A stretch of DNA of 64,000 bases, from the NCBI GenBank assembly GCA_021787125.1, contig JAJYMI010000076.1, positions 264 through 64,263 of the forward strand, in the 5' to 3' direction. Position 1 is the stretch's first letter. Every line of letters starts with the position of its first letter. Both the position numbers and the translations under genes were made by a program. Positions 14,901-22,312 of this stretch are shown here, in pieces. This stretch comes from Thermoplasmata archaeon (GTDB lineage: Archaea > Thermoplasmatota > Thermoplasmata > Thermoplasmatales > GCA-001856825). Below the pieces are notes generated by a model. The model was not told the origin of the DNA, did not search any database, and worked only from the letters and a program-made list of their open reading frames with translations.

Positions 14901-17087
14901 GTAGCTTCTTACGAGGTCACCTGCTGTACTCGGTGTTGTCTTCATTTCTTCCAGCGCCTTCCTGATCGAACCTACGAGTCCCCTTATCCTCCAGGAATTC
15001 ATCAGAAGCATGTTGAACCGAAACTTCACTCTGGCTTCAAAATCTGAAACCAGCTGGTCAATTTGCTCACTGGAAGAACTAAGGAGATCGTGGGCGGATG
15101 CACCGTCTCCCAGCCTCTCTCTCGTGCTCGTAAGGAATTGTTTCAGTGTTCGTACCAGCGAAGCACCGTAGATGTCGTCTATGGTGGTTCGGAGCGCAAG
15201 CTTAGAATCAACACCGTAACGCCTATCCTGGCGCAGAGACAGCGGAATCGACACCACCTTCTTCCTGCGAGTGAGAACATTTCTGCCCCCAACCTCCTGA
15301 TTCAGCAGGGCCCATACTGTATCTCCTCTTCTGAAGGTGGTTCTGTCGGTGACGGGAGCAATGTTCGGAAATGTCCTGAGACATTCAGGGTCAAATACCA
15401 GGGTGTTTCCACCTCTAACTGGAATGCCGCCTTCAGTCGTTTCTTGGTCTGATGACGGTACAACGGGTCTGAACAGGTTCACCCCCGAATTGATTAGAGG
15501 GAAGTTCTCAAGCATGTGTCTTAGCGTAGAGGCGCTTGTATCCTCGGTATCCGTCACGTACCAACTTGGAGCTTCCAGGTGGCCATAGTGGCGCAAGGTG
15601 AGATCGTAATAGTAGTCGGTGTACCTTTCTGAGATGACTCCGTTCTCTGCCTCTTTCTTCTGAGACTTGGGCGTACTGCTGGACGGATTTGTTAGGGCTT
15701 GAAGATTGAATAGAAAGTCCAGCAGCTGCGTTCGAACCATGCTCGCTGCGGGAAGGGGAGGATCCCCAGAAATCTTGCCAATTGCGATGGAGCAACCTTC
15801 TGACCTCAGCGACGAAAGGTAATCCATGAATTCTCCTTCGTCAAGTCTGGTGTTGTTCAGACCCAGATCGTCCAACCGGACGTCATCGTCAAGTATCCAT
15901 ATGACCGGATTCGTCAAATCAAAGGATTCCAGGTAGAGGTAGTGGTGCAGGACCGTTCTTCCAAAGGGAATTCCTTTGCGTCTGAAGCCCGCTTCATAGT
16001 ATTTCCCAAAATTCCCGTTTGCTGCATCTCTTTCGATCAATTCTTTTCCAACGATGCGGACCACGAATTTCTGAGAGACCGTATGAGCTATGGTATCCAG
16101 CCTCTGCGAATCGCCAGAATTGTCGCAGATCACAATTATTGCCTTACCTTTCGGAACTCTGAGGAACTGCCCAATATCTTTCAGGAGAAGTTCTGTGGAA
16201 TCGAGATTGGAGCACGTAAACCCGATCAGGAGATCAGAAGACGAATGGGCAGTCGATGAAGCCTTGCGCTGGTGCTGTTTCATCAACGGTCGTTCCTTGG
16301 TTTCCTTTACCAAGTCATTTTCAGAAAAGCCAAAGAGGTCTAGAGCTCTCTTCTTGAACTGAGCCCGCTCCTCAGCGTTCATCCTGGATGAATATTTTCT
16401 GAAGAACTCAATGAGTCCTTGCCTCTTTCGTTCCGATCCATAGCTTGAAATGCGGTCCTTTCCAGTGGAGTAGTGATGGACAAGGTGTTCATCGACGTAG
16501 CTGACCTTAAGGCCTTTGAGGTCAAAGAGTCTTATACAGACGTCCCTATCGGTTGTGCTTTCAAGATTCTCGTCAAAGGCTCCCGCCTCCAATATCGAAG
16601 ACAGCCTGACGAACAGATTTGAGCCTTGAACGTGAGGATTGGTAGAAAGGAATGAGGATGAGGAAAGATTGTGCGGAATTGCTTGTTTTCTTCCTATATC
16701 GTCTTCTATTTCATGCCTCACCATGCCTGAGACAACCAGATCGGAGTCGTTCAGGGTCGCAGAGTCAAAACATTTCTCAATATAACTCCCCTCCCAAGCA
16801 TCGTCATCGTCAAGAAAAGCCACATACGTTTCGTCTGGATCTACGTTTATAGAAACGAGATAGAAGAGCGCGGTGTTCAGTGCTCCAGACATGTTTGCAG
16901 TTCTTTGATTGACAAGAGTGACAAGTTCGGAATTGATATCGGTACTCAGTGAAGAAGTGTCTTCATTGTTTTCCCCTACCAAGATTACCTTATCTGGTCT
17001 CAGGGATTGAATGAAAATGGATTTCAGGGCTCTTGGAAGTGAGTCTGGTCTTCCCTTGGTTGGTGTGATTGCAAAGATTTCTGTCAT
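11937..17087 (-). CDS. 1716-aa multidomain enzyme: GT2 glycosyltransferase, second GT-A-like domain, protein-kinase-like domain, class I SAM methyltransferase, GT-A-like domain, C-terminal GT2
   Basis: - **N-terminal GT2:** FAITPTKGRPDSL...FLDDDDAW.
- **Second GT-A-like domain:** IVICDNSGD...WILDDDVRLDD.
- **Kinase-like domain:** LLGEGSEGIV...SYKYF...LTNISPDNLIV...YVDLGTS.
- **Methyltransferase:** VLDYGTGNGWLA...FDLVLANQVL.
- **GT-A-like domain:** VLQCDGDSII.
- **C-terminal GT2:** VVVIIRGRD...FIDASSRNG...MVDADDALIG. Confidence 0.8.
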   Translation of the reverse strand: MTEIFAITPTKGRPDSLPRALKSIFIQSLRPDKVILVGENNEDTSSLSTDINSELVTLVNQRTANMSGALNTALFYLVSINVDPDETYVAFLDDDDAWEGSYIEKCFDSATLNDSDLVVSGMVRHEIEDDIGRKQAIPHNLSSSSFLSTNPHVQGSNLFVRLSSILEAGAFDENLESTTDRDVCIRLFDLKGLKVSYVDEHLVHHYSTGKDRISSYGSERKRQGLIEFFRKYSSRMNAEERAQFKKRALDLFGFSENDLVKETKERPLMKQHQRKASSTAHSSSDLLIGFTCSNLDSTELLLKDIGQFLRVPKGKAIIVICDNSGDSQRLDTIAHTVSQKFVVRIVGKELIERDAANGNFGKYYEAGFRRKGIPFGRTVLHHYLYLESFDLTNPVIWILDDDVRLDDLGLNNTRLDEGEFMDYLSSLRSEGCSIAIGKISGDPPLPAASMVRTQLLDFLFNLQALTNPSSSTPKSQKKEAENGVISERYTDYYYDLTLRHYGHLEAPSWYVTDTEDTSASTLRHMLENFPLINSGVNLFRPVVPSSDQETTEGGIPVRGGNTLVFDPECLRTFPNIAPVTDRTTFRRGDTVWALLNQEVGGRNVLTRRKKVVSIPLSLRQDRRYGVDSKLALRTTIDDIYGASLVRTLKQFLTSTRERLGDGASAHDLLSSSSEQIDQLVSDFEARVKFRFNMLLMNSWRIRGLVGSIRKALEEMKTTPSTAGDLVRSYSGAVEETLQKIENEFSPPNLTGQMESLANARKELTEFLENLESYCVSYREKLPVHASTEEIEDAKNVIEKKFGRRRLRLLGEGSEGIVLSDGTRSYKYFHHGAQHFEHGRLELLRKIANSNLQLKHLAGIEKVVVSEGRVILVSSFVEGEMYHGGYLSSIMELLQECRAAGICLTNISPDNLIVSGSRVMYVDLGTSIVGFSDGYYDNMCRRAFLTYRWHFRSDFKELAHRTLKEYDMPELYGFEYFRSSLDAGSLHDRLYGLIEKIIRGLGPKTVLDYGTGNGWLADLISGQARVWVYDLDYEKFNKRHTGENRIKSMSESQINDNSAGRRKFDLVLANQVLCEVKDAEANKIMTNIRRLVKKGGRALIGVCNPFSNEQEESEHSLVASPLPEYSKLTRYEKIVKSTFKRREDYHRPFDWYSKLFTEAGFSIDEVHELPSLDFNNLSPGSDLMLFVLSPVMQVVNQNATLLIKISAMEWKTANMQIRHLVNQLDSPRAFRERVAVTDMEEEGFNRQYDEGDFENLIQTLDSLVAEGTLDRYLVLPDDPTIRKGISRRWFGLESDKVRSSNGQPILTTLYGFQNCRTKYVLQCDGDSIIWRDGPRSNFLQEMIDILENDERAISVSFPVAGSGERRESYYERVDWRIEVRNSLISLDRLEKFLPLENEVDEEGRLVFPWHRSIDRAILKDGLHSLRAPIGSTFFIHIPNERKSEFNDWFNIVKSLEIGNVFPPQKGRVDLVGSVADWSGERNEEVVVIIRGRDVPISKVRRCFDSLFSQRNQSFGMVFIDASSRNGMLEYVENLVFPGVRERMTIMRNLEALTPMENVNFAVRKICKNPNSIIAMVDADDALIGRDVVDTVVTKYREGADVTVGSMLRADKHSYYQVNFVNPRKNRGGNVWQHLRTFRKYLFDEIDEEDFKLDGKWIPQAEDWAFMIPIVEMAKSPVWIKQLIYFYDPSADKKKRSREENERIIGGILEKRGYYQNE

Positions 17088-17206
17088 CAGAACACCACGG
17101 TCATAATTGTTGCATAATTGAATTCCTCATTGTCGCCCCAACTGGCGCCCAAGCTTTCCTGGGATTCTCCACAATGAGTATTTGTCAGCCTCTTCTTCAG
17201 GCACAT
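17087..17206 (-). CDS. Small ORF, 39 aa (MCLKKRLTNTHCGESQESLGASWGDNEEFNYATIMTVVF)
   Basis: Own codon-by-codon translation. It fills the epimerase-megaprotein gap. Its TGA shares the A of the megaprotein ATG (17087). GAAGGGA lies upstream of ATG 17206. Confidence 0.3.
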   Translation of the reverse strand: MCLKKRLTNTHCGESQESLGASWGDNEEFNYATIMTVVF

Positions 17207-17225
17207 GCGAATCCCTTCAAGATGG

Positions 17226-18167
17226 CTACTCCATTGGGTTGGGCAGAGGAGAAATTTGCTGACTCGAAATCGCGTCTGAAATTACCCTGCTCACAATTTC
17301 CTCAACGCTGATTCTCGGAGACCAACCCAGCACCGAAACGATTTTCCTGTGATCGGAATACTGGTCAAAGGCCTGAGTGTTTGCTTCCCTGAACTCTATG
17401 GAGCCCTTCCCCACCTTCTTTACAACCAGATTGGCCAGATCGATGACGGAGATCGGTTTGTTGCCCAAGACAAAGACATCGTAAGTAGCGCTCATCGTAC
17501 GGAGATGGTTCAATCCCAGTGAAAATGCAGTCGCGACATCTATTGGATGTATGAACTCTCTTATGTGCTTTCCGTCTCCCAGAATTACAATGGGCTTGTC
17601 ATTGAGTGCAGCGCTCACGAATTCCCTCAGGACGTTCATCTCTTTCTGACCCTCTCCACTAACTAGCGGAGGCCGAAACATTACCGTTTTAATTCCGTAG
17701 ATATCGGAATAGAGCTTTGCTATTTCTTCGACGAACGCCTTAGAAGACCCGTACGGATTGTTTGGATGAAAGGGGGTTTCCTCGTTTATTGGGCAGGGGG
17801 CATGGCCATATGGAGAGAAGCTGCCCATACCCAGAACCCTGGCGATGTCAAGCCGTCTGCAGGCTTCATAAACATTGAGCGCCGCATTTACGTTTACCCT
17901 CAAGTAATCGTAGGTTTGCTTAACGCTTTCAGCGCCGCCCCCTTTTCCGTTCGACCCCGTGAGGGCAGCGAGATGCACAAGGACGTCTGGTTCGGAAAGT
18001 TCTAGGACACGTTTGAGATCTGGATAACGAGTTGCATCAGTCACGTAGTGATTCCGACCCTTACTGCCTACGATGTCCAGAGTTGCGGTGTCGTGCCCAT
18101 CGAGATTTAGCTGTCTGTGGATGTACCTGCCAATGAATCCCTCTCCCCCCGTGACTAGGACTTTCAC
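17226..18167 (-). CDS. NAD-dependent sugar-nucleotide epimerase/dehydratase (SDR family)
   Basis: KVLVTGGEGFIGRYI (GxxGxxG) and YGSSKAFVE (YxxxK). The GTG start forms a GTGA overlap with the NYN gene stop. Confidence 0.85.
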   Translation of the reverse strand: MKVLVTGGEGFIGRYIHRQLNLDGHDTATLDIVGSKGRNHYVTDATRYPDLKRVLELSEPDVLVHLAALTGSNGKGGGAESVKQTYDYLRVNVNAALNVYEACRRLDIARVLGMGSFSPYGHAPCPINEETPFHPNNPYGSSKAFVEEIAKLYSDIYGIKTVMFRPPLVSGEGQKEMNVLREFVSAALNDKPIVILGDGKHIREFIHPIDVATAFSLGLNHLRTMSATYDVFVLGNKPISVIDLANLVVKKVGKGSIEFREANTQAFDQYSDHRKIVSVLGWSPRISVEEIVSRVISDAISSQQISPLPNPME

Positions 18168-18766
18168 TTATTGTCACTCCCTCTTTTTAGACCCAGATCC
18201 TCAAGCCTTGGATAGAACAAGATATGCATGGATTGTCCAATCGTGACGAACAGGAATTTGAGGCAGATTGCAGGCAAAGATGATCTCGCAAGTTTCAAGT
18301 CATTCGTCAGCAAGATAGGTCTGGTACTAGAGGGCATGAGTCGACGTTTGATTTCTCGAATAAACATGTCTGCGGAGGTTCCGGCAGGTACCTGGTTTAT
18401 TTTCCCCTGGGAGATTAGATTCTCGTAGGCGATATTGTCGTCTATTGTATGCCTGAGGGTCGCATCAGCTATGCAAATATAGGGAACATTGATCCCGTCG
18501 AATTCCAACAGAACTGTTATGATTCTAGAGATCTGTGGTTTTCCGGGGCCTGCCCAGGCAACATTACTTGCATCTATCACCACAAAGCTATCTATTCGGG
18601 GACCGCTTGCAATATCATCACTGCCAGAACTTTGCTTAGAGATTTCTGTTTCACCATTCCTTCTTAGAGGCAGGCTCATATCATCTTCGATTCCTCTCCC
18701 GTTTAGAGAAAAATCGGAATCCGCAGATTCAGCCATAGAAAACACTCTCCTCTTTTTTGAGTACAA
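18164..18766 (-). CDS. NYN (Zc3h12a-like) ribonuclease-domain protein
   Basis: FVVIDASNVAWAG...ICIADATLRHTIDD...PAGTSADMFI resembles the VIDGSNVA...D pattern of NYN/PIN-like RNases. Confidence 0.6.
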   Translation of the reverse strand: MYSKKRRVFSMAESADSDFSLNGRGIEDDMSLPLRRNGETEISKQSSGSDDIASGPRIDSFVVIDASNVAWAGPGKPQISRIITVLLEFDGINVPYICIADATLRHTIDDNIAYENLISQGKINQVPAGTSADMFIREIKRRLMPSSTRPILLTNDLKLARSSLPAICLKFLFVTIGQSMHILFYPRLEDLGLKRGSDNK

Positions 18767-19031
18767 GCATGAAGCTTAGCGAGCTTGCATCAGCAAGAGA
18801 CCGAGAACGAATTCTCAGCTGAACCCATCCATACTGGAGTAGGTTCATAATGGTGTAAATTTAATTTTGTATTTAAGCTTTGCAATCTCCAACTTTGAAA
18901 GTCACTATCGGGACCGTGCATGTCACTCTAACGACCGGACTAAATCTATCGCTTTCCTTCTGTTTTCATATCAATCACATTTCAAATTTTCACGTGACTA
19001 TTTCAATACTGGCCAAGGCAGTGAGAAATGA

Positions 19032-19061
19032 ATAAAATGAAAAAAGTGAAAAAATGAATTC
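19032..19061. repeat. Direct repeat, right copy (ATAAAATGAAAAAAGTGAAAAAATGAATTC)
   Basis: See 11326-11354. This copy also carries a local duplication of GTGARAAATGAAT (19021-19033 and 19046-19059). Confidence 0.55.
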
Positions 19062-19070
19062 TAACTGGTT

Positions 19071-19553
19071 CTAGGTACTTATTCCTCTGTGATAGCTTAT
19101 CAATTTTCCTTCTCCATCAAATATGAATGTCTTAGATGTGTAGAACCAGGGAAATAAGTGACCATGAGTTATTTTCACCGTGAACTTCACTGCGTTTATT
19201 TTGTCAACCATATGCTCTTTCCCAATGAATCCCCTCACGTTGACTTGTCCATTGTGGCCAATGAAAGGTACCGTGTTACTATCCGAGCCACTTGTATCGG
19301 TTCCGTCGATTCTCCATTTGATGTCCCTAGCGGTTCCAGGTCCTGCATTCATGATCTCTAAGTCCAAGTATTCACTCCCTCCTGAGAAGAACTTCGGCCC
19401 AAGCGTGTTGTCAGGATAAGAATATGCAAGATCCAAAGCCTTCGTTACAAGAACTGGAAAGACTGCCGATAAATTCGCGATTAGCACATTCATCAGGGTA
19501 AGAAACAGTCCAAGAACCGTTAAGGCTAACCCAATATACTCTATCCAATACAT
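19071..19553 (-). CDS. Hypothetical membrane-anchored protein, 160 aa
   Basis: ORF track. N-terminal hydrophobic helices: IEYIGLALTVLGLFLTLMNVLIANLSAVFPVLV. Confidence 0.5.
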   Translation of the reverse strand: MYWIEYIGLALTVLGLFLTLMNVLIANLSAVFPVLVTKALDLAYSYPDNTLGPKFFSGGSEYLDLEIMNAGPGTARDIKWRIDGTDTSGSDSNTVPFIGHNGQVNVRGFIGKEHMVDKINAVKFTVKITHGHLFPWFYTSKTFIFDGEGKLISYHRGIST

Positions 19554-19869
19554 ATTATGTTAAGGTTCTTCAAAGATTATTATTTTGCACTCATCCAAAT
19601 CTCTGGCAAAAATCACACTTCCAATTGATACCTTTGTCAGTACTACCCTTTGTCGTAGGCATGTAATTACCAGTCGTCATATTGGGACTCCGGAAATCAT
19701 CTAGCATCCCTTTGTCGTGCATGAACAAGGTTATCGGGCAAGAAGGCAATAAAGTAATTGGGGCATCCTCAATTTAGAATGTGACGGGGTAAATTATGGA
19801 ATGAACCAGAACTTAACATTCAGGGTATATTTTCCGATAGCTCTTTTATAGGAATGTTACTTATTGGTG

Positions 19870-19906
19870 CCGGAGGCTTCTTGGCCCCTTAAACTAAGAC
19901 CTCCGG
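19870..19906. repeat. Hairpin element copy B
   Basis: CCGGAGG (19870-19876) pairs with CCTCCGG (19900-19906). Core TCTTGGCCCCT at 19879-19889. Confidence 0.5.
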
Positions 19907-20113
19907 TTAAATAATGTAAAAGTGGTAAAAACAAGACTTTAAATTGATTCTATCTCCACTATCAGGTTCCTCTCCTTTTTGCGAGCAATTTTGGAGATGA
20001 CAGAGTCAAATTTGTCTTCTATCTTGTTCATCATTTAGCCACAGGAAGAATTTTCAGATACGTACTAAAGAATCACAAGGGATTTAATGGCCGCAAAGCA
20101 GGTTTAGCAAACT

Positions 20114-21349
20114 CTACTTTGTAGAATTTTCCCCTCCTAAGCCTTTAAGTTCTCTAACCTGTACTTCTATCTCTGCTGGGGATTCAATCTGCTTTCCATT
20201 GCCCGGTCCCAGTTCTCCGAACTTCCTCGCACTCACTAGTACTCTGCCCTCGTACGAACCTATCAAAGCATTGTAGCCCTTCGCCACTTTCTCAATGTTA
20301 TCACCCAATTTAGATATGTCTTCACTTATCTTTTTCAGTCTCTCGTAGAGCTCTTTGCCGGCTTCGAGTATCACCTTTGCATTTTCTTCAACTTTCCTTT
20401 CACTCCATCCTCGGGCAATTGCTTTCATGAGAGAGAGAAGAATTGTTGGAGTTGCGATTATAATGTTTGCTTCCATCGCTTTATTTACAAGTTCCTTATC
20501 TTCCTGAAGCGCTGCATAGAGGAATGATTCTCCAGGTATATACATCACAACAAGCTCTAGTGACTCTTTGTACATCGCATTGAAGCCCTTCCAGTATTCC
20601 CTCTTGGAAAGGTCAACTGCGTAGTCCTTAATCTTTTTAGCATGGTCCTTCATCAACTTCTCCGTCTCCTCCGGTGTTTTCGCTTCAAGTGCAGAAAGAT
20701 AACTTGATGTTGGGGCTTTTGAATCTACGATTATGACTCTATTGGAAGGAAGGTTGACAACCATGTCTGGTCTTCTCTCTCTTCCATCGACCGTTATACT
20801 GACCTGACTATCAAAATCGCAATATTCTGTCATACCAGAGAGCTCTGCTATCCTCTTCAGCGTGGTCTCTCCCCAGTTTCCTTTCGCCTGAGGATTCCTG
20901 ATCGCATTTGACAGTTGGTTAGCCGAATCTCTGAGATTTTTCTCATTTTCAACAAGAGCTTTGACCCGTTCATCCAAACTAGCATAGGATGTCAGCCGAG
21001 CGGCTTCGATTGTGCTCAATGCAGTTCCAACGCTCTGGAGATAGTTGTTAAGAGACTCTACTGTGCCTTCTATTCCCGTTTTAGCTTCATCAATTTTAGT
21101 GGTGGCTGCAGTGACTATGGGACCTATCTGATCCTTCGCTAATTGGACTGTTTCCTCTCTGTTAGTTTTCACAGATTCAGTTGCTGCAGTTTTGACGGCG
21201 TTCTTGATTGATTCCAAGTCTATTACCGGTGGGGGAGTTGAAAGTACTTGTTTGCCTCTCCAAAGTATCAGTCCAATAATTACTCCGCCAAGAATTCCAA
21301 TTACAAGTCCTATAGTTAATGAAATCGCATCCATTCTTTCATCAACCAA
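20114..21349 (-). CDS. rmuC: DNA recombination protein RmuC family
   Basis: N-terminal TM helix, long coiled coil, then RRPDMVVNLPSNRVIIVDSKAPTSSYLSAL, which matches the RmuC RPD...LP...IDSK nuclease-like core. Confidence 0.8.
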   Translation of the reverse strand: MVDERMDAISLTIGLVIGILGGVIIGLILWRGKQVLSTPPPVIDLESIKNAVKTAATESVKTNREETVQLAKDQIGPIVTAATTKIDEAKTGIEGTVESLNNYLQSVGTALSTIEAARLTSYASLDERVKALVENEKNLRDSANQLSNAIRNPQAKGNWGETTLKRIAELSGMTEYCDFDSQVSITVDGRERRPDMVVNLPSNRVIIVDSKAPTSSYLSALEAKTPEETEKLMKDHAKKIKDYAVDLSKREYWKGFNAMYKESLELVVMYIPGESFLYAALQEDKELVNKAMEANIIIATPTILLSLMKAIARGWSERKVEENAKVILEAGKELYERLKKISEDISKLGDNIEKVAKGYNALIGSYEGRVLVSARKFGELGPGNGKQIESPAEIEVQVRELKGLGGENSTK

Positions 21350-21467
21350 GGATTCTATGATTAGTATTTAAGACTAGGGCTGAGAAAACGTAATTTCTAA
21401 GTTGTGCAGTAGATCTGTTTTCTCAATAATGGTTTATCCAATCGTCTTTACCAATCTATAAGCAAAT

Positions 21468-21974
21468 GTGTCTCTGGATATTCTTCTTGCTCTCAAGTAT
21501 TCCTCCAAAAAAGAAGAGATGTTCACACTCGCTAATAAGCGTCTCAGTGAATTCAATGAGGAAAAATTCAACAGGCACATTAAAAAAGACGGAAATACAG
21601 CCGAGATACTCAAGTTAACGAAGCAGGCATACAATGATTTCGCCGAGTATTACGACCAGGGAGTCATTATTGCACCAACGTATAAAGAAGAGTATGAACT
21701 TGCAAAGAAAGCGATGCAGTTGGACTCGATGTACAACACTCTAATAAGTAGGCTTGAACTTTTTGCACAGCATGAAAGTGCTCATGAAAGCATAGAAAGC
21801 ACAAAAATAGTAATTTTCCTTACACTCCTGGTCGGAGCACTTGGTCTTATTGAGTTAGGCGCCACGCTCTTTTCTTCCAACAAAATTGGAGCCCTTATTT
21901 TTTACCTTTTTATTTTGGTCGCATTTGCAATTTTTGTTATTTCATCAATTGTGTGGAAAGTCAGAGTGAAATAA
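21468..21974 (+). CDS. Hypothetical protein with two C-terminal TM helices
   Basis: ORF track. C-terminal hydrophobic segments IVIFLTLLVGALGLI and ALIFYLFILVAFAIFVISSIVW. Confidence 0.45.
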   Translation: MSLDILLALKYSSKKEEMFTLANKRLSEFNEEKFNRHIKKDGNTAEILKLTKQAYNDFAEYYDQGVIIAPTYKEEYELAKKAMQLDSMYNTLISRLELFAQHESAHESIESTKIVIFLTLLVGALGLIELGATLFSSNKIGALIFYLFILVAFAIFVISSIVWKVRVK

Positions 21975-22312
21975 TAGTGTCCTTGGGGTGAGACTGAAAA
22001 TTTAAAAGGGAGATTTCCTCCTTATTTTGACCTGTTATAGTGAACTACCCAACAGTTACGTCTATCCAACGGCAGAATCTAGGCCATTTTACGAAATCTT
22101 GAGAACCATGTTAGTATTGTTAGTTAGGTGCTTGACTATAGTTGTCAGACCTATACTGGCCTATTCCGGTTAGGCAACGGTACCGTAATAGGTAAAGACA
22201 GGAACTAATAGTAAGAAGTAGCTCGAAGTGAAAACGTTTTTATCTCTAAGTAAACTTGCATTTTGTGGTAGTGTCTTCTGTGGCAGAAATTCAAGTGGAA
22301 GAGGTGTAGCTT

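Noticed and set aside
12048-16852. About 20 + strand ORFs of 60-130 aa inside the megaprotein gene
   Set aside because: All are antisense to a continuous 1716-aa ORF with clear enzyme motifs, and their sequences are Ser/Leu/Arg-rich nonsense.
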